NCBI GenBank assembly: GCA_045639585.1
Contig: JAZUDJ010000140.1
Span: 10,522-74,521, forward strand
Direction of reading: 5' to 3'
DNA: 64,000 nucleotides
Origin: Bacteroidales bacterium
GTDB lineage: Bacteria > Bacteroidota > Bacteroidia > Bacteroidales > UBA3663
Below the pieces are notes generated by a model, which saw nothing but the letters and a program-made list of their open reading frames with translations, made no database searches and was not told the origin of the DNA. Below are positions 20,536 to 30,974 of the stretch, piece by piece; the stretch's first letter is position 1, and every line of letters starts with the position of its first letter. The position numbers and the translations under genes are program-made.

Positions 20536-20590
20536 GTTTAGAGTTAAAAGATTAGAGTTTAGAGTCGAAGATTAGAGTTTAGAGTCGTGA
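20536..20590. repeat. TTAGAGT-based short tandem repeat (20-bp duplication) spanning the ispH stop
   Basis: attagagtttagagtcg at 20551 and 20571. Confidence 0.7.
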
Positions 20591-21450
20591 GTATCAGCAC
20601 TCACAGCCGACAAAGCCACAGCCACCTGTTCCATCTGCCACTTCGGCGTAGAGGTTGCTCCACAAATGCCGATGGTCTCTGCATTCTGAGTCATCTCCGG
20701 ACGGATCTCATCAGGATGGCTGACGAAATAGCTGCGAGGATTGACCTCCTGACAGACGCCGAAGAGCGCCTTGCCATTGCTCGACTTCTTGCCGCTGACA
20801 AAGAGGACGACATCATGCTGACGAGCGAACTCCTTGAGATGAGGGATGCGGTTGGCCACCTGTCGGCAGATTGTATCCTTATAGATGAACTGGCTCGGAT
20901 CGACCATTCGCTCACTGACAGTTTCTGCCAGACGGAAGAAGGTATCGACGGGCATGGTCGTCTGGCTGAAGAGGCGGACAGGACGGGAGAAATCGATCTT
21001 ATCCAAGTCACAGGCACCTTCGACAACGATGGCAGAACCCTGGGTCTGACCCACTAGGCCATTGACCTCAGCGTGTCCTTTCTTGCCAAAGATGACAATC
21101 TGCACGCCTGGCTCCTCATCATAGACCTTCTTGATGCGCTTCTGGAGCTGCAACACTACCGGACAGGTCGCGTCGATGATCTCAATGCCATTCTGCTCTG
21201 CCAGCTGGTAGGTCGAAGGCGGTTCACCATGAGCGCGGAGCAAGACCTTGGCGTCATGGATCCCTGCCATCTGCGCATGGTCGATGGTCTTGAGACCCTG
21301 TTGCTCCAAGCGGTTAACCTCCTCACTGTTATGGACAATATCTCCCAGGCAGTAGAGATTGTCGGCCTGCGACAACTGTTCTTCCGCCTTACGGATAGCA
21401 CTGACCACACCCGGACAGAATCCGCTTTGCTCGTCAACGGTAATTTGCAT
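20572..21450 (-). CDS. ispH: 4-hydroxy-3-methylbut-2-enyl diphosphate reductase
   Basis: GFCPGV, IVHN, RAHG, DATCP, QTT, DTIC, SSN, GATSTP. Confidence 0.95.
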   Translation of the reverse strand: MQITVDEQSGFCPGVVSAIRKAEEQLSQADNLYCLGDIVHNSEEVNRLEQQGLKTIDHAQMAGIHDAKVLLRAHGEPPSTYQLAEQNGIEIIDATCPVVLQLQKRIKKVYDEEPGVQIVIFGKKGHAEVNGLVGQTQGSAIVVEGACDLDKIDFSRPVRLFSQTTMPVDTFFRLAETVSERMVDPSQFIYKDTICRQVANRIPHLKEFARQHDVVLFVSGKKSSNGKALFGVCQEVNPRSYFVSHPDEIRPEMTQNAETIGICGATSTPKWQMEQVAVALSAVSADTHDSKL

Positions 21451-21474
21451 AAACAAAAGAATGAAGTGATTCTA

Positions 21475-22170
21475 TTATTCTCCAATTGCCTCCATGGCCC
21501 ACTGATGCAGCAACGCGTTTTGCTCAGGGATGGTCATGTTAGAATTATCGAGCAATCTGGCATCCTCTGCCTGGCGCAAAGGAGTTACTTCACGATGTGT
21601 GTCGATGTAATCACGCTCCTCAACGTTCTTCAGGACCTCCTCAAAAGTGGTGGCAGTATCGCCCTTGCCCTGAAGTTCTGCCAGACGGCGCTGTGCACGT
21701 ACTTCGGCAGAAGCTGTCACGAAAACTTTGAGTTCTGCATTAGGGAAGACGACGGTACCAATGTCTCGGCCATCCATGACAATGCCGCCTTCCTCTCCCA
21801 TTTTCTGCTGCAAAGCAACAAGATGAGAGCGGACAAAACCGAGAGCTGCCACAGGACTTACGCAGTTGCTGACCAGCATCTGTCGGATTTCCTGCTCTAC
21901 GACCTCTCCGTTGAGGACGGTCTGCTTCTGGCCTTGTTCATTGAGCACGAAGCCGATCTTCACGTCATCGATCTGCTGCTGGAGCGCTTCAGTATTGATC
22001 TCCTTGGTCTCAGCATTCATCAGACCGTTGCGTAAAGCATATAAGGTAACGGCACGGTACATCGCACCTGTATCGACATAGATATATCCGAGGTCTGAAG
22101 CAAGCTGCTTGGCCATCGTACTTTTGCCACAAGAAGAGTGGCCGTCAATTGCTATAGTGATCTTTTTCAT
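21475..22170 (-). CDS. cmk: Cytidylate kinase
   Basis: [32 protein letters not shown]. Confidence 0.95.
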   Translation of the reverse strand: MKKITIAIDGHSSCGKSTMAKQLASDLGYIYVDTGAMYRAVTLYALRNGLMNAETKEINTEALQQQIDDVKIGFVLNEQGQKQTVLNGEVVEQEIRQMLVSNCVSPVAALGFVRSHLVALQQKMGEEGGIVMDGRDIGTVVFPNAELKVFVTASAEVRAQRRLAELQGKGDTATTFEEVLKNVEERDYIDTHREVTPLRQAEDARLLDNSNMTIPEQNALLHQWAMEAIGE

Positions 22171-22176
22171 ATATAT

Positions 22177-23160
22177 TTAAAAGGTGTATCCTAATTGTAG
22201 GGTCAGCGTGCCGTCAGCCAGATTGGTACTGGCATAGCCTGCCTGAAAATTAAATGAATTATACTTCAATCCTGCTCCCATCGACAAACCGCGGAGGAAG
22301 CCTCCCTGTCCACTGAAACGGCGCTGATGACGGTAGTTGTAACCCGCTGCCAGCCAGAAATTCTGCGCTGCTGTCCACTCAAGGCCGAAGATCAAGTGAT
22401 TGAGCACCTGCTCCGAAGCGGAGAATTTCTGCTTCTGGCCATTGCCATCGACATACTCCTGGTTCCAGTCGAGCAGATGATAGGCCGTAACCGAAATACA
22501 GAACGGCAGATGCAACAGTTCGTGGCTCCAGGCGACATTGAGTTGCGTTGGAAGTTTCTGCTTACTCTCTTCATAGAGACTCTTAAATTGGCCACCGAGG
22601 TTGGTCAAGGTCAAAGAAAAAGAGTTGCCAGAGACATCATTATAATAATTCAAACCCAGATCCACTCCCATGGCAAAAGCATTATAACTCTCGTAAGAAG
22701 TGTATAGGAACTTGGTCTGAGCGCCGATATTCCAACGGTCATTAAGCGGATAGCCGATAGCACCCTCCAGGCAAAGGTCCTTTACAGAGAAAGAACCTGT
22801 TGAGAGGCCCTGGCTATCATACCCGTCGAAATGACCATAATCGACAAAACGCATGGCAGCGGACCATCCACCTACCTCCAGAAACCGGTCTGCATAAGCT
22901 GCATATCCCATCTGAATACCCGCCAAATAATTAGTATAGGCAAGTATCGCCTGCTTTTCCATCTGCGGACAAAGAAGGGCGGGGTTCTGTTCTGCAAAAG
23001 AGAGATCAGGCTCGACCACGCTGATACTCGTACCTCCCAAAGCAAGGCCGCGCGCTGACACTGGTAATTCCAGATATCCATAACCCGACACCTCCTGGGC
23101 TCGGATAAAGATAAAAGTCAGTGAAGCCGCCAAGGCCGTCAAGTATCTTCGATTTGTCAT
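22177..23160 (-). CDS. porQ: Type IX secretion system protein PorQ
   Basis: LELPVSARGLALGG, NPALL, beta-barrel ending in F; adjacent to cmk as in other Bacteroidales. Confidence 0.8.
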   Translation of the reverse strand: MTNRRYLTALAASLTFIFIRAQEVSGYGYLELPVSARGLALGGTSISVVEPDLSFAEQNPALLCPQMEKQAILAYTNYLAGIQMGYAAYADRFLEVGGWSAAMRFVDYGHFDGYDSQGLSTGSFSVKDLCLEGAIGYPLNDRWNIGAQTKFLYTSYESYNAFAMGVDLGLNYYNDVSGNSFSLTLTNLGGQFKSLYEESKQKLPTQLNVAWSHELLHLPFCISVTAYHLLDWNQEYVDGNGQKQKFSASEQVLNHLIFGLEWTAAQNFWLAAGYNYRHQRRFSGQGGFLRGLSMGAGLKYNSFNFQAGYASTNLADGTLTLQLGYTF

Positions 23161-23357
23161 GTCTTACAAGTGGCAAAGAAATGCGAATGCCACAATAAGA
23201 AACGTGGATTGCACTTAATTTGTATGCAAAAGTACCCCTTTTTCGTGTTAAAAGCAATTTTTTTGAACAAAAAAGTAAAAAAATAGCAGTTTTTTTTGGT
23301 TGCCTATAAAAAAATGCCTACTTTTGTGCAGAGTTTTTAACCAATTAAACAAGTAAC

Positions 23358-24053
23358 ATGGAAATCAAGAAAGACCCCCAAGTAGATCTTGAGCCTAGAA
23401 AAACTACCTATGCTCTTACAGGTCTTGTGGCTATTCTTGCTATCCTCTTCATTGCTTTCGAGTGGACTAATGCCACCTATCGCAAGGTCTATAATGGCGC
23501 TGGCGATGCAGTAATGGAAGAAGAAGAGGAGATAGTAATGACCGTTCAGAACACCCCTCCACCACCTCCACCACCACCTCCAATGCCTGACGTTATCGAG
23601 CAGCTCACCGTTGTAGAAGATGACGTAGAAGTTGCAGAAATCGAGATGCAGAGTGCCGAGGATGATGCTAACACTGTAGTAGAGATTGTCCAGGCCGTTG
23701 AGGAGGCTCCAGTAGAAGAGGAGGAGGCTGAGGCTAACACCATCTTCACCGTCGTAGAGGATGAGCCAGAGTTCCCTGGTGGTACCAAGGCTCTTATGGA
23801 GTTCATCAGTAAGAACCTCCGCTACCCAGCATTCGCTGCTGAGAACGGTATTCAGGGTCGTGTAACTTTGTCATTCGTCGTTGAGAAGGATGGTTCAGTT
23901 ACTGATATTCAGGAGATGCGTTCTCCTTCTGAGGATCTTACTAAGGAGGCTAAGCGCGTAGTTCAGTCAATGCCTAAGTGGAAGCCTGGTAAGCAGCGTG
24001 GCAAACCAGTACGTGTAAAGTACATGCTGCCTGTTACCTTCCGTCTGCAGTAA
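23358..24053 (+). CDS. tonB: Energy transducer TonB
   Basis: N-terminal TM, poly-Pro, PEFPGG..YP..GIQGRV..FVVEKDG..WKPG TonB C-terminal domain. Confidence 0.92.
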   Translation: MEIKKDPQVDLEPRKTTYALTGLVAILAILFIAFEWTNATYRKVYNGAGDAVMEEEEEIVMTVQNTPPPPPPPPPMPDVIEQLTVVEDDVEVAEIEMQSAEDDANTVVEIVQAVEEAPVEEEEAEANTIFTVVEDEPEFPGGTKALMEFISKNLRYPAFAAENGIQGRVTLSFVVEKDGSVTDIQEMRSPSEDLTKEAKRVVQSMPKWKPGKQRGKPVRVKYMLPVTFRLQ

Positions 24054-24060
24054 TACATAT

Positions 24061-24104
24061 TATGCCAGCCTGAGTTTCCCAATCTCAAGCTGGCATACTT
24101 TTTA
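24061..24104 (+). terminator. Intrinsic terminator after tonB
   Basis: tatgccagc...gctggcata followed by a T run. Confidence 0.75.
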
Positions 24105-24151
24105 TCGTTGCATTTTCATTACTCTTAATCGGATCACTCCTTTAATATAAT

Positions 24152-25147
24152 ATGAAAACACAAGTCGAGCTCAACAACCTAATCCAGGAAGGTATCAACA
24201 ACCTTTCTTATCCGGCAACCGCCAAAGGCATGTACGAACCAATACGTTACACATTAGCTTCTGGCGGCAAACGTTTGCGTCCGACTTTGGTTCTCATTGC
24301 AGCCAATCTCTATACCGAAGATCTCTCACAAGCTATCACACCTGCATTGGGCATTGAGATGTACCACAACTTCACCCTGCTTCATGACGATGTAATGGAC
24401 AAGGCTCCAGAGCGTCGTGGCCGTGCCACCGTGCACGTAAAGTGGAATGACAATCAGGCGATTCTTTCAGGTGATGCTATGGTGGGACTGGCTTATCAGC
24501 TGATTAGTGAGGCGCCAGCACGCGTTTTGAAGCACGTGATGGACACCTTCAATCTGATGAACCAGGAGATCTGTCAGGGTCAGCAGTATGACATGGAGTT
24601 TGAGACTCGCAACGATGTCACTATCGAGGAGTACCTTGAAATGATCCGCCTCAAGACCTCTGTCCTCCTAGGTCGCGCTCTCCAGATTGGCGCATATATC
24701 GGTCAGGACAAGACCTATGGCAACCTCACAGAACTGGGAGTAAAGCGTTACGAGCGCCTTGACAAGGACATTGACACACTCTTCAAATTCGGCGTCAGCC
24801 TCGGACTGGCCTTCCAATTGCAGGATGACTGGTTGGATTGCTGGGGCGACCCAAAAACTTTCGGCAAGCGTATTGGCGGAGACATCCTTCAGGACAAGAA
24901 GACCTATCTGCGAATCACCGCTCTAAAAAATGCCGCAGAGCCAGACACGACTGGGATGACCGACGAGCAGAAGATCGAAGCCTATAAGGAGTTCTACAAG
25001 AAATCCGGAGCAGAGAAAGCTTGTCGCCAAGCCATTGCACATTATCATCAGGAAGCCATCAAGGCGTTGCACCACCTGAGCGTGCCAAGTGAAAAAGTAA
25101 GACTACTAAAGGACTTGGCTGCCAAATTGGAAAACCGCAATGTATAA
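24152..25147 (+). CDS. Polyprenyl diphosphate synthase (IspA-like)
   Basis: GGKRLRP, LLHDDVMD, RRG, GQQYD, KT, FQLQDD. Confidence 0.92.
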   Translation: MKTQVELNNLIQEGINNLSYPATAKGMYEPIRYTLASGGKRLRPTLVLIAANLYTEDLSQAITPALGIEMYHNFTLLHDDVMDKAPERRGRATVHVKWNDNQAILSGDAMVGLAYQLISEAPARVLKHVMDTFNLMNQEICQGQQYDMEFETRNDVTIEEYLEMIRLKTSVLLGRALQIGAYIGQDKTYGNLTELGVKRYERLDKDIDTLFKFGVSLGLAFQLQDDWLDCWGDPKTFGKRIGGDILQDKKTYLRITALKNAAEPDTTGMTDEQKIEAYKEFYKKSGAEKACRQAIAHYHQEAIKALHHLSVPSEKVRLLKDLAAKLENRNV

Positions 25148-25196
25148 CCACAAAGTGTGTGCTATTTAATTATTAGTCTTTAGAATTTATACTACC

Positions 25197-25931
25197 GTGC
25201 CATACCGCAGATTACCCAATACAGATCTAAGTCGCATTGCCGCCTTACAGTCAGCCATCAAGATGGAAGGTCATAAGGAGAATGGTGAGCTGGTACTCAG
25301 CTACCAGACCATTCGTGACGCGCAGCAGATTCTTTCTAAGTTCAAGAACTTGCAGCGCCAGTACCAGCAGTACTATGACCAGTTTATCAAGATGTCAAAG
25401 TCGTTCCGCGAGGAGCAGCGCATGGCGCACATGTACGTCTCTCACTTCATTCAGGTGCTCAATATGACCATCCAGCGCGGCGAACTGCGCAAGGACATCA
25501 AAGAGGGATATGGGCTGGATCCGGACAACTTCAAGGTACCTACGCTCAAGAGCGACCATGACGTAGCTCAGTGGGGTGAGAAGATCATTCAAGGCGAGGA
25601 GCAGCGTATTGCGCATGGTGGTGTACCTATCTACAATCCGAACATTGCCAAGGTCAAGGTTCACTTCAGCATCTTTGCAGATCATTATTACAACATCAAC
25701 ACGCTGCGACACAACATCGCAAAATATCTGCAGGAATTGACAGATATGCGTCCACTGGTGGACGACCTGCTGCAGGATATGTGGAATCAGATTGAGACCT
25801 GCTACAACGACCTTCCATTGTCGGCCAAGCTCACCAAGTGCCAGCAGTATGGCATTGTCTACTTCCTCCGCTCGAGCGAGAAGAAGCAGATTGAGGCAGA
25901 AAAGATGCAGAGCCGACTTGAATTTATATAA
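25197..25931 (+). CDS. Conserved Bacteroidetes hypothetical protein (MPYRRLPNTD family)
   Basis: GTG start; helical protein between the polyprenyl synthase and TatD genes. Confidence 0.8.
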   Translation: MPYRRLPNTDLSRIAALQSAIKMEGHKENGELVLSYQTIRDAQQILSKFKNLQRQYQQYYDQFIKMSKSFREEQRMAHMYVSHFIQVLNMTIQRGELRKDIKEGYGLDPDNFKVPTLKSDHDVAQWGEKIIQGEEQRIAHGGVPIYNPNIAKVKVHFSIFADHYYNINTLRHNIAKYLQELTDMRPLVDDLLQDMWNQIETCYNDLPLSAKLTKCQQYGIVYFLRSSEKKQIEAEKMQSRLEFI

Positions 25932-25943
25932 TATATATAAGGA

Positions 25944-26729
25944 ATGATCATTGACACTCATTGTCACCTGATAGATGAGGCCTTCACCCAAGACGTGGAG
26001 GCCTGCATTGTTCGTGCCCAAGAGGCCGGCGTACAGAAGATGGTCCTGGCTTGCTGTGACGAGACTGAGTTTCCGAAGATTCTCAAACTATGCGAAAGGC
26101 ATCCTGGCGTCCTCTTCCCATCCATCGGCATCCATCCGGAGAATATGGCAGAAGACGTCGCAGCTCAGTTCGCAAAGCTCGAAGAACTATTCAAGCAATA
26201 TGGCAAGCCCCTGCCTATCGGAGAGATCGGCATTGACCTACATTGGGACAAATCCCGACTCCGCGATCAGAGGAACCTTCTAGAGGACCAATTAGACCTT
26301 GCAGCAAAGAATGCCCTTCCTGTCTTGCTCCACATTCGTGATGCGATGCCAGAATTCCTACTATTGCTACGCAGAAGGAACGACGACAACAAAGGGACTA
26401 TGCGGCCACGTGGCATCCTTCACTGTTACAGCGGAACTGCTCAAGAAGCCAAGGAAGCCATGGTTTATGGAGATTTCTATATCGGAGTTGGTGGCACGCT
26501 CACTTATAAAAAGAGTCAGGTACCAGAAGTCGTCAAAGCCATCGGCATAGAGCGTATCGTCTTAGAGACCGATGCTCCTTATCTGGCTCCTCTCCCTAAC
26601 AGAGGTAAGCGCAACGAGCCAGCTTTCACTGCAGACACCGCACGTTTTCTGGCCGATTTACTTGCGCTTCCATTTGAAGAAGTGGAAGAGATCACGACAC
26701 GAAACGCAGAGAAGCTCCTCGGGATTTAA
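25944..26729 (+). CDS. tatD: TatD-family hydrolase
   Basis: IDTHCH, GIHP, IGEIGID, HCYSG, LETDAPYLAP. Confidence 0.93.
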   Translation: MIIDTHCHLIDEAFTQDVEACIVRAQEAGVQKMVLACCDETEFPKILKLCERHPGVLFPSIGIHPENMAEDVAAQFAKLEELFKQYGKPLPIGEIGIDLHWDKSRLRDQRNLLEDQLDLAAKNALPVLLHIRDAMPEFLLLLRRRNDDNKGTMRPRGILHCYSGTAQEAKEAMVYGDFYIGVGGTLTYKKSQVPEVVKAIGIERIVLETDAPYLAPLPNRGKRNEPAFTADTARFLADLLALPFEEVEEITTRNAEKLLGI

Positions 26730-26988
26730 TTGTCTACTGGAGTTAGCAGACGAATCGCTCAAAATCGACGAAAGTATAGTTTTTATCGACGAAAATTCGA
26801 CCAAAAACACTTTATTTTGTCTTTTTCGCACAAAAAATAGAGAGAAATTCGCACAAAAGCAAAAAAAAAGTTGGAACGAATAAAGAATATTACTATATTT
26901 GCACTCGGAAATTATATATTCGACTTCCAATATTAGAAAGACATATTACAAAACCATTTTAATAACAATTTAACAAAACACAAACTCA

Positions 26989-27711
26989 ATGAAAAAGTTT
27001 TTCTTGACATTGTCAGCTATCGCTATGATGGCTCCAGTTTTCGCTCAGGAGGCAGAAGAGGCTGTTGAAGAGTCTGCAAGCTTCCACCACGTTCTTAAGG
27101 GTCAGTTCATCGATGGTGGTCCTACCTTCATGGCATTCGTTGCTCTTGCCCTCGTTCTCGGTATGGCATTCGTTATCGAGCGTATCATTTACTTGAACCT
27201 CGCTGAGGTTAACACCAAGAAGCTTGTTTCATCAGTTGAGGACGCTCTCGAGGGTGGTAACGTTGACGCTGCTCTTGACATCTGCAAGAAGACCCGTGGT
27301 CCTATCGCTTCTATCTTCACCCAGGCACTCATCCGTTTGAAGGATGGCCAGAGCCTTGAGGATGTTGATAAGGCTATCACCTCTTATGGCGCTCTTCAGA
27401 GTGGCTACCTCGAGCAGAACCTTTCTTGGATTACCTTGTTTATTGCTGCTGCTCCTTCACTCGGATTCCTTGGTACCGCTATCGGTATGATCCAGGCATT
27501 CGATGACATCGTAAAGGCAGGTGATATTTCTCCAACAGTCGTTGCTTCTGGTATGAAGGTTGCTCTTATCACCACTGTAGGTGGTATTATCGTAGCTCTC
27601 GTACTCCAGGTATTCTACAACTACCTCCTTTCTAAGGTAGAGGGTATCGTAAGCGACATGGAGGATGCTTCTATCAGCCTTCTCGACGCTATCATCAAGC
27701 TTAAGAAGTAA
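26989..27711 (+). CDS. exbB: MotA/TolQ/ExbB proton channel protein
   Basis: APSLGFLGTAIGMI..ALITT TM motifs. Confidence 0.9.
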   Translation: MKKFFLTLSAIAMMAPVFAQEAEEAVEESASFHHVLKGQFIDGGPTFMAFVALALVLGMAFVIERIIYLNLAEVNTKKLVSSVEDALEGGNVDAALDICKKTRGPIASIFTQALIRLKDGQSLEDVDKAITSYGALQSGYLEQNLSWITLFIAAAPSLGFLGTAIGMIQAFDDIVKAGDISPTVVASGMKVALITTVGGIIVALVLQVFYNYLLSKVEGIVSDMEDASISLLDAIIKLKK

Positions 27712-27733
27712 TTTTTGAAGGAGATTTTTTACA

Positions 27734-28201
27734 ATGAACAAAATTGGTAATATCGTACTCTGGGTGAGCTTCGCCATTACATTGGTAGTAGCTGGTATGT
27801 TCTTCTTCGGTGGAACATACGAGGCAACTACTTCTACTGGCGGCATCATGGAGACACCAAATGCAACCGATACTCTTCTGTATTGGACCTATGCATTGAT
27901 TATCTTTGGTGTAGCTGCACTCGTGATCTTCGCATTGAAGACTCTTGCAACTATGTTCCAGTCAGATCCTAAGGCTGCTATCCGCTCTATCGGCGGTGTT
28001 GCTGCTTTCGTGATTCTGTTGGCAGTTTGCTATTTCGCAAGTGGTGAGACCGAGTTCTCACGTGTAGTTAACGGTGAGGTTGAGTCATTCACAGCCAACG
28101 AGATGAAGATGATCGACATGTGGCTCTACTCAATCTATGCACTTATTGGTGGTACTATCGTACTCGTAATCGGTTTCGGTATCAAGAAACTCTTTAATTA
28201 A
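27734..28201 (+). CDS. Hypothetical membrane protein in the ExbBD operon
   Basis: Four hydrophobic segments; between exbB and exbD. Confidence 0.8.
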   Translation: MNKIGNIVLWVSFAITLVVAGMFFFGGTYEATTSTGGIMETPNATDTLLYWTYALIIFGVAALVIFALKTLATMFQSDPKAAIRSIGGVAAFVILLAVCYFASGETEFSRVVNGEVESFTANEMKMIDMWLYSIYALIGGTIVLVIGFGIKKLFN

Positions 28202-28211
28202 GATTTGACCT

Positions 28212-28847
28212 ATGGCAAGAAAGAAAAGAAAAGCGCCGAGCATCAACTCGTCATCAAGTGCCGACTTGGCATTTACCTTGCTTATCTTCTTCCTCGTGGT
28301 CACTTCTATGGATACTGATGAAGGTCTCGCTCGTCTCCTCCCTCGTTGGGTACCAGAGGAGCAGCAGCAGGATCAGGAAATTAAGAAGCGTAACATTCTG
28401 AATGTAATGGTCAACGCCAACAACCAGATGCTCGTCGGTGACGACTATGTTGAAGGTTCAGTTGCATCTCAGAACCAGCAGCTCCGCGCAGCTGCTAAGA
28501 GCTTCATCACTGCTACCGGCACTTATTCTGGTGAGCGTGGTCCTGAACTTCGCGACGTAGACCCTGAGAAGAATCCAGAACTTGCAGCGCTTATTCTTCC
28601 TAAGGATCCAAGCATCAAGGTTGCTAAGCAGCATGTAATTTCATTGCAGTCTGACTACGGTACCAGCTACGAGAAGTACATTCAGGTACAGAACGAGTTG
28701 GTAGCAGCTTACAACGAGCTCCGTCAGGAGGCTGCTAAGAAGTACTTCAATAAGAACTACGCAGAGGAAGAGCTCAGCTCTGACGAGCTCCAGGCTCTTA
28801 AGGATCTCTATCCTATGAACATCTCTGAGGCTAACGCCAAGTATTAA
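28212..28847 (+). CDS. exbD: ExbD/TolR family protein
   Basis: SSSADLAFTLLIFFLVVT TM with the conserved Asp. Confidence 0.88.
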   Translation: MARKKRKAPSINSSSSADLAFTLLIFFLVVTSMDTDEGLARLLPRWVPEEQQQDQEIKKRNILNVMVNANNQMLVGDDYVEGSVASQNQQLRAAAKSFITATGTYSGERGPELRDVDPEKNPELAALILPKDPSIKVAKQHVISLQSDYGTSYEKYIQVQNELVAAYNELRQEAAKKYFNKNYAEEELSSDELQALKDLYPMNISEANAKY

Positions 28848-28868
28848 TCATAATCAGGAAAATCAACT

Positions 28869-29318
28869 ATGAGCAAATTTAATAAAGGCGAAAAAAGAGG
28901 AATGCCTGAATTGAACACCTCATCACTTCCTGACTTGGTGTTCTCAATCCTGTTCTTCTTCATGTGCGTTACCCACATGCGTGAGGATACTCCAATCGTA
29001 AAGGTTAACACTCCACGTGCTGACCAGGTCACCAAGCTGGAGAATAAGTCTCTCGTAACTACCGTACTCATCGGTGTCCCACGTGACTCTAAGTATGGTC
29101 GTGAGGAGCGTATCCAGTTCAACGACGACTTCCTTGAGATGGAGAACGTCGTTCCTAAGATGACCCAGGCACGTCAGTCAATGAAGGAGGCTGATCAGCC
29201 TAAGATGCAGATTTCCATGAAGATCGATCGCAACTGTAAGATGGGTATTGTGACCGAGCTCAAGAAGGAGCTGCGTAAGGCTCAGTGTCTTAAGATTAGC
29301 TATTCTGCCAAGAAGTAA
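28869..29318 (+). CDS. exbD: ExbD/TolR family protein (second copy)
   Basis: LNTSSLPDLVFSILFFFM; D..KMGIV. Confidence 0.88.
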   Translation: MSKFNKGEKRGMPELNTSSLPDLVFSILFFFMCVTHMREDTPIVKVNTPRADQVTKLENKSLVTTVLIGVPRDSKYGREERIQFNDDFLEMENVVPKMTQARQSMKEADQPKMQISMKIDRNCKMGIVTELKKELRKAQCLKISYSAKK

Positions 29319-29346
29319 TTTGCGGCTCGAATGCTAGAATAATATT

Positions 29347-29396
29347 AAGGTCGCAATCAAGGTCCTTGAGACTTTCGGTTGCGACCTTTTCTTTTT
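29347..29396 (+). terminator. Intrinsic terminator after the exbBD operon
   Basis: aaggtcgcaa...ttgcgacctt followed by a T run. Confidence 0.75.
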
Positions 29397-29554
29397 CAAA
29401 ATCAGATGTCGCGAATTCCGACATACTTATTCGACATCAAAAATCAGACAAAAGATTCTATAGAGTCTTATATTAATTGAGCAAACTACACATTATATAT
29501 AATATATAGTGTTCAAAATATAAATCCAAAATTTTATTATTCTATAATTTCATC

Positions 29555-30271
29555 ATGGCATACAAAAGAATTCTTCTCAAGCTCAGCGGCGAATCGCTGA
29601 TGGGCAGCAAGCAATACGGCATTGACGAGCAGCGACTGGCAGAGTACGCTCAGCAGATCAAGGAGATCGCAGACATGGGTGTCCAGATCGGTATCGTCAT
29701 CGGTGGTGGCAACATCTTCCGTGGCCTTACCGGTGCAGGTAAGGGCTTTGATCGTGTCAAGGGAGACCAGATGGGCATGCTGGCTACTACCATCAATGCA
29801 CTTGGCCTCAGTTCAGCACTCAACGCAGCAGGGCAGAAAGCTCGTGTCCTCACTGCCATCAACATGTTCCCTATCGGCGAGCAGTATAGCAAGTGGCGCG
29901 CTATCGAGGTCATGGAGAAAGGTGAGATCGCCATCCTGGCTGGTGGCACCGGCTGTCCGTACTTCACTACCGATACAGGTTCGGCTCTTCGCGGCATTGA
30001 GATTGAGGCTGACGTCATGCTCAAGGGCACCCGCGTAGATGGTATCTATACCGCCGATCCAGAGAAGGATCCAACTGCAACCAAGTTCGACAAGATCACC
30101 TACGATGAGATCTACCAGAAGGGACTTAAGGTCATGGATCTCACCGCAACTACCCTTTGTCGTGACAACAAGCTGCCAATCATCGTCTTCAACATGGACA
30201 AGGTCGGCAATCTTGTCAAGGTCATGAAGGGCGAAGGTATCGGCACTTTGGTTTACGAAGAAGCAAAATAA
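29555..30271 (+). CDS. pyrH: UMP kinase
   Basis: LLKLSGESL, GGGNIFRG, FTTD, VMDLTA. Confidence 0.96.
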   Translation: MAYKRILLKLSGESLMGSKQYGIDEQRLAEYAQQIKEIADMGVQIGIVIGGGNIFRGLTGAGKGFDRVKGDQMGMLATTINALGLSSALNAAGQKARVLTAINMFPIGEQYSKWRAIEVMEKGEIAILAGGTGCPYFTTDTGSALRGIEIEADVMLKGTRVDGIYTADPEKDPTATKFDKITYDEIYQKGLKVMDLTATTLCRDNKLPIIVFNMDKVGNLVKVMKGEGIGTLVYEEAK

Positions 30272-30389
30272 GGCAAAATGATACGCGATTTCGAGTATTG
30301 AGCTCACATTATTTGGAAATCTCGAATAAATCGATTATCTTTGCACCACAAAAAAAAGAAAGAAATAATCATTAACACCTACAATTATA

Positions 30390-30950
30390 ATGTTAGACGT
30401 TAAGCAAACTATCAAGGATGCAGAAGCAAAGATGCAGGCATCTGTTGATCACCTCCAGGAAACCTTCGACCACATCCGTGCAGGTCGTGCTACAGTCAAG
30501 TTGCTCGATGGCATCAAGGCTGAGTGCTACGGCACCATGATGGAAATCAGCCAGTGTGCCAACTGCTCTACCCCAGATGCAAAGAGCATCCTGATCCAGC
30601 CATGGGACAAGTCTATGCTCCGTGTCATCGAGAAGGCCATCATCGACTCTCCTCTCGGCATCATGCCAGAGAACAATGGTGAGTACATCCGTATCGGCCT
30701 CCCTCCTATGACCGAGGATCGTCGTAAGCAGCTCTCTAAGCAGGCTAAGGGCGAGGAGGAGAACGCTAAAGTAGCTATCCGCAACATCCGTCGTGATGTC
30801 ATCGAGGTTCTCAAGAAAGACGTTAAGAATGGACTCCCTGAGGACGTTGAGAAGGATGCAGAAGCAACCGTTCAGAAGGCTCACGACAAGTATATCAAAC
30901 TCCTCGAAAGCATATACGCTGACAAGGAGAAGGAAATCATGAGCGTATAA
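30390..30950 (+). CDS. frr: Ribosome recycling factor
   Basis: IRAGRA, IQPWDK, PPMTEDRRK, AIRNIRR. Confidence 0.96.
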   Translation: MLDVKQTIKDAEAKMQASVDHLQETFDHIRAGRATVKLLDGIKAECYGTMMEISQCANCSTPDAKSILIQPWDKSMLRVIEKAIIDSPLGIMPENNGEYIRIGLPPMTEDRRKQLSKQAKGEEENAKVAIRNIRRDVIEVLKKDVKNGLPEDVEKDAEATVQKAHDKYIKLLESIYADKEKEIMSV

Positions 30951-30974
30951 TCAATTCAAATTAATAATTAAGAA

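Noticed and set aside
19529-22035. Long antisense ORFs (233, 320 aa; likewise 35435-36304, 37331-38056, 48008-49437)
   Set aside because: They are shadows of codon-biased or repetitive housekeeping genes and carry no protein motifs.
26730-26988. tRNA between tatD and exbB
   Set aside because: No cloverleaf, T-loop or CCA is recognisable; it is an A-rich promoter region.
26989-29318. ExbB-membrane protein-ExbD-ExbD cluster as a novel system
   Set aside because: This arrangement is common in Bacteroidales.
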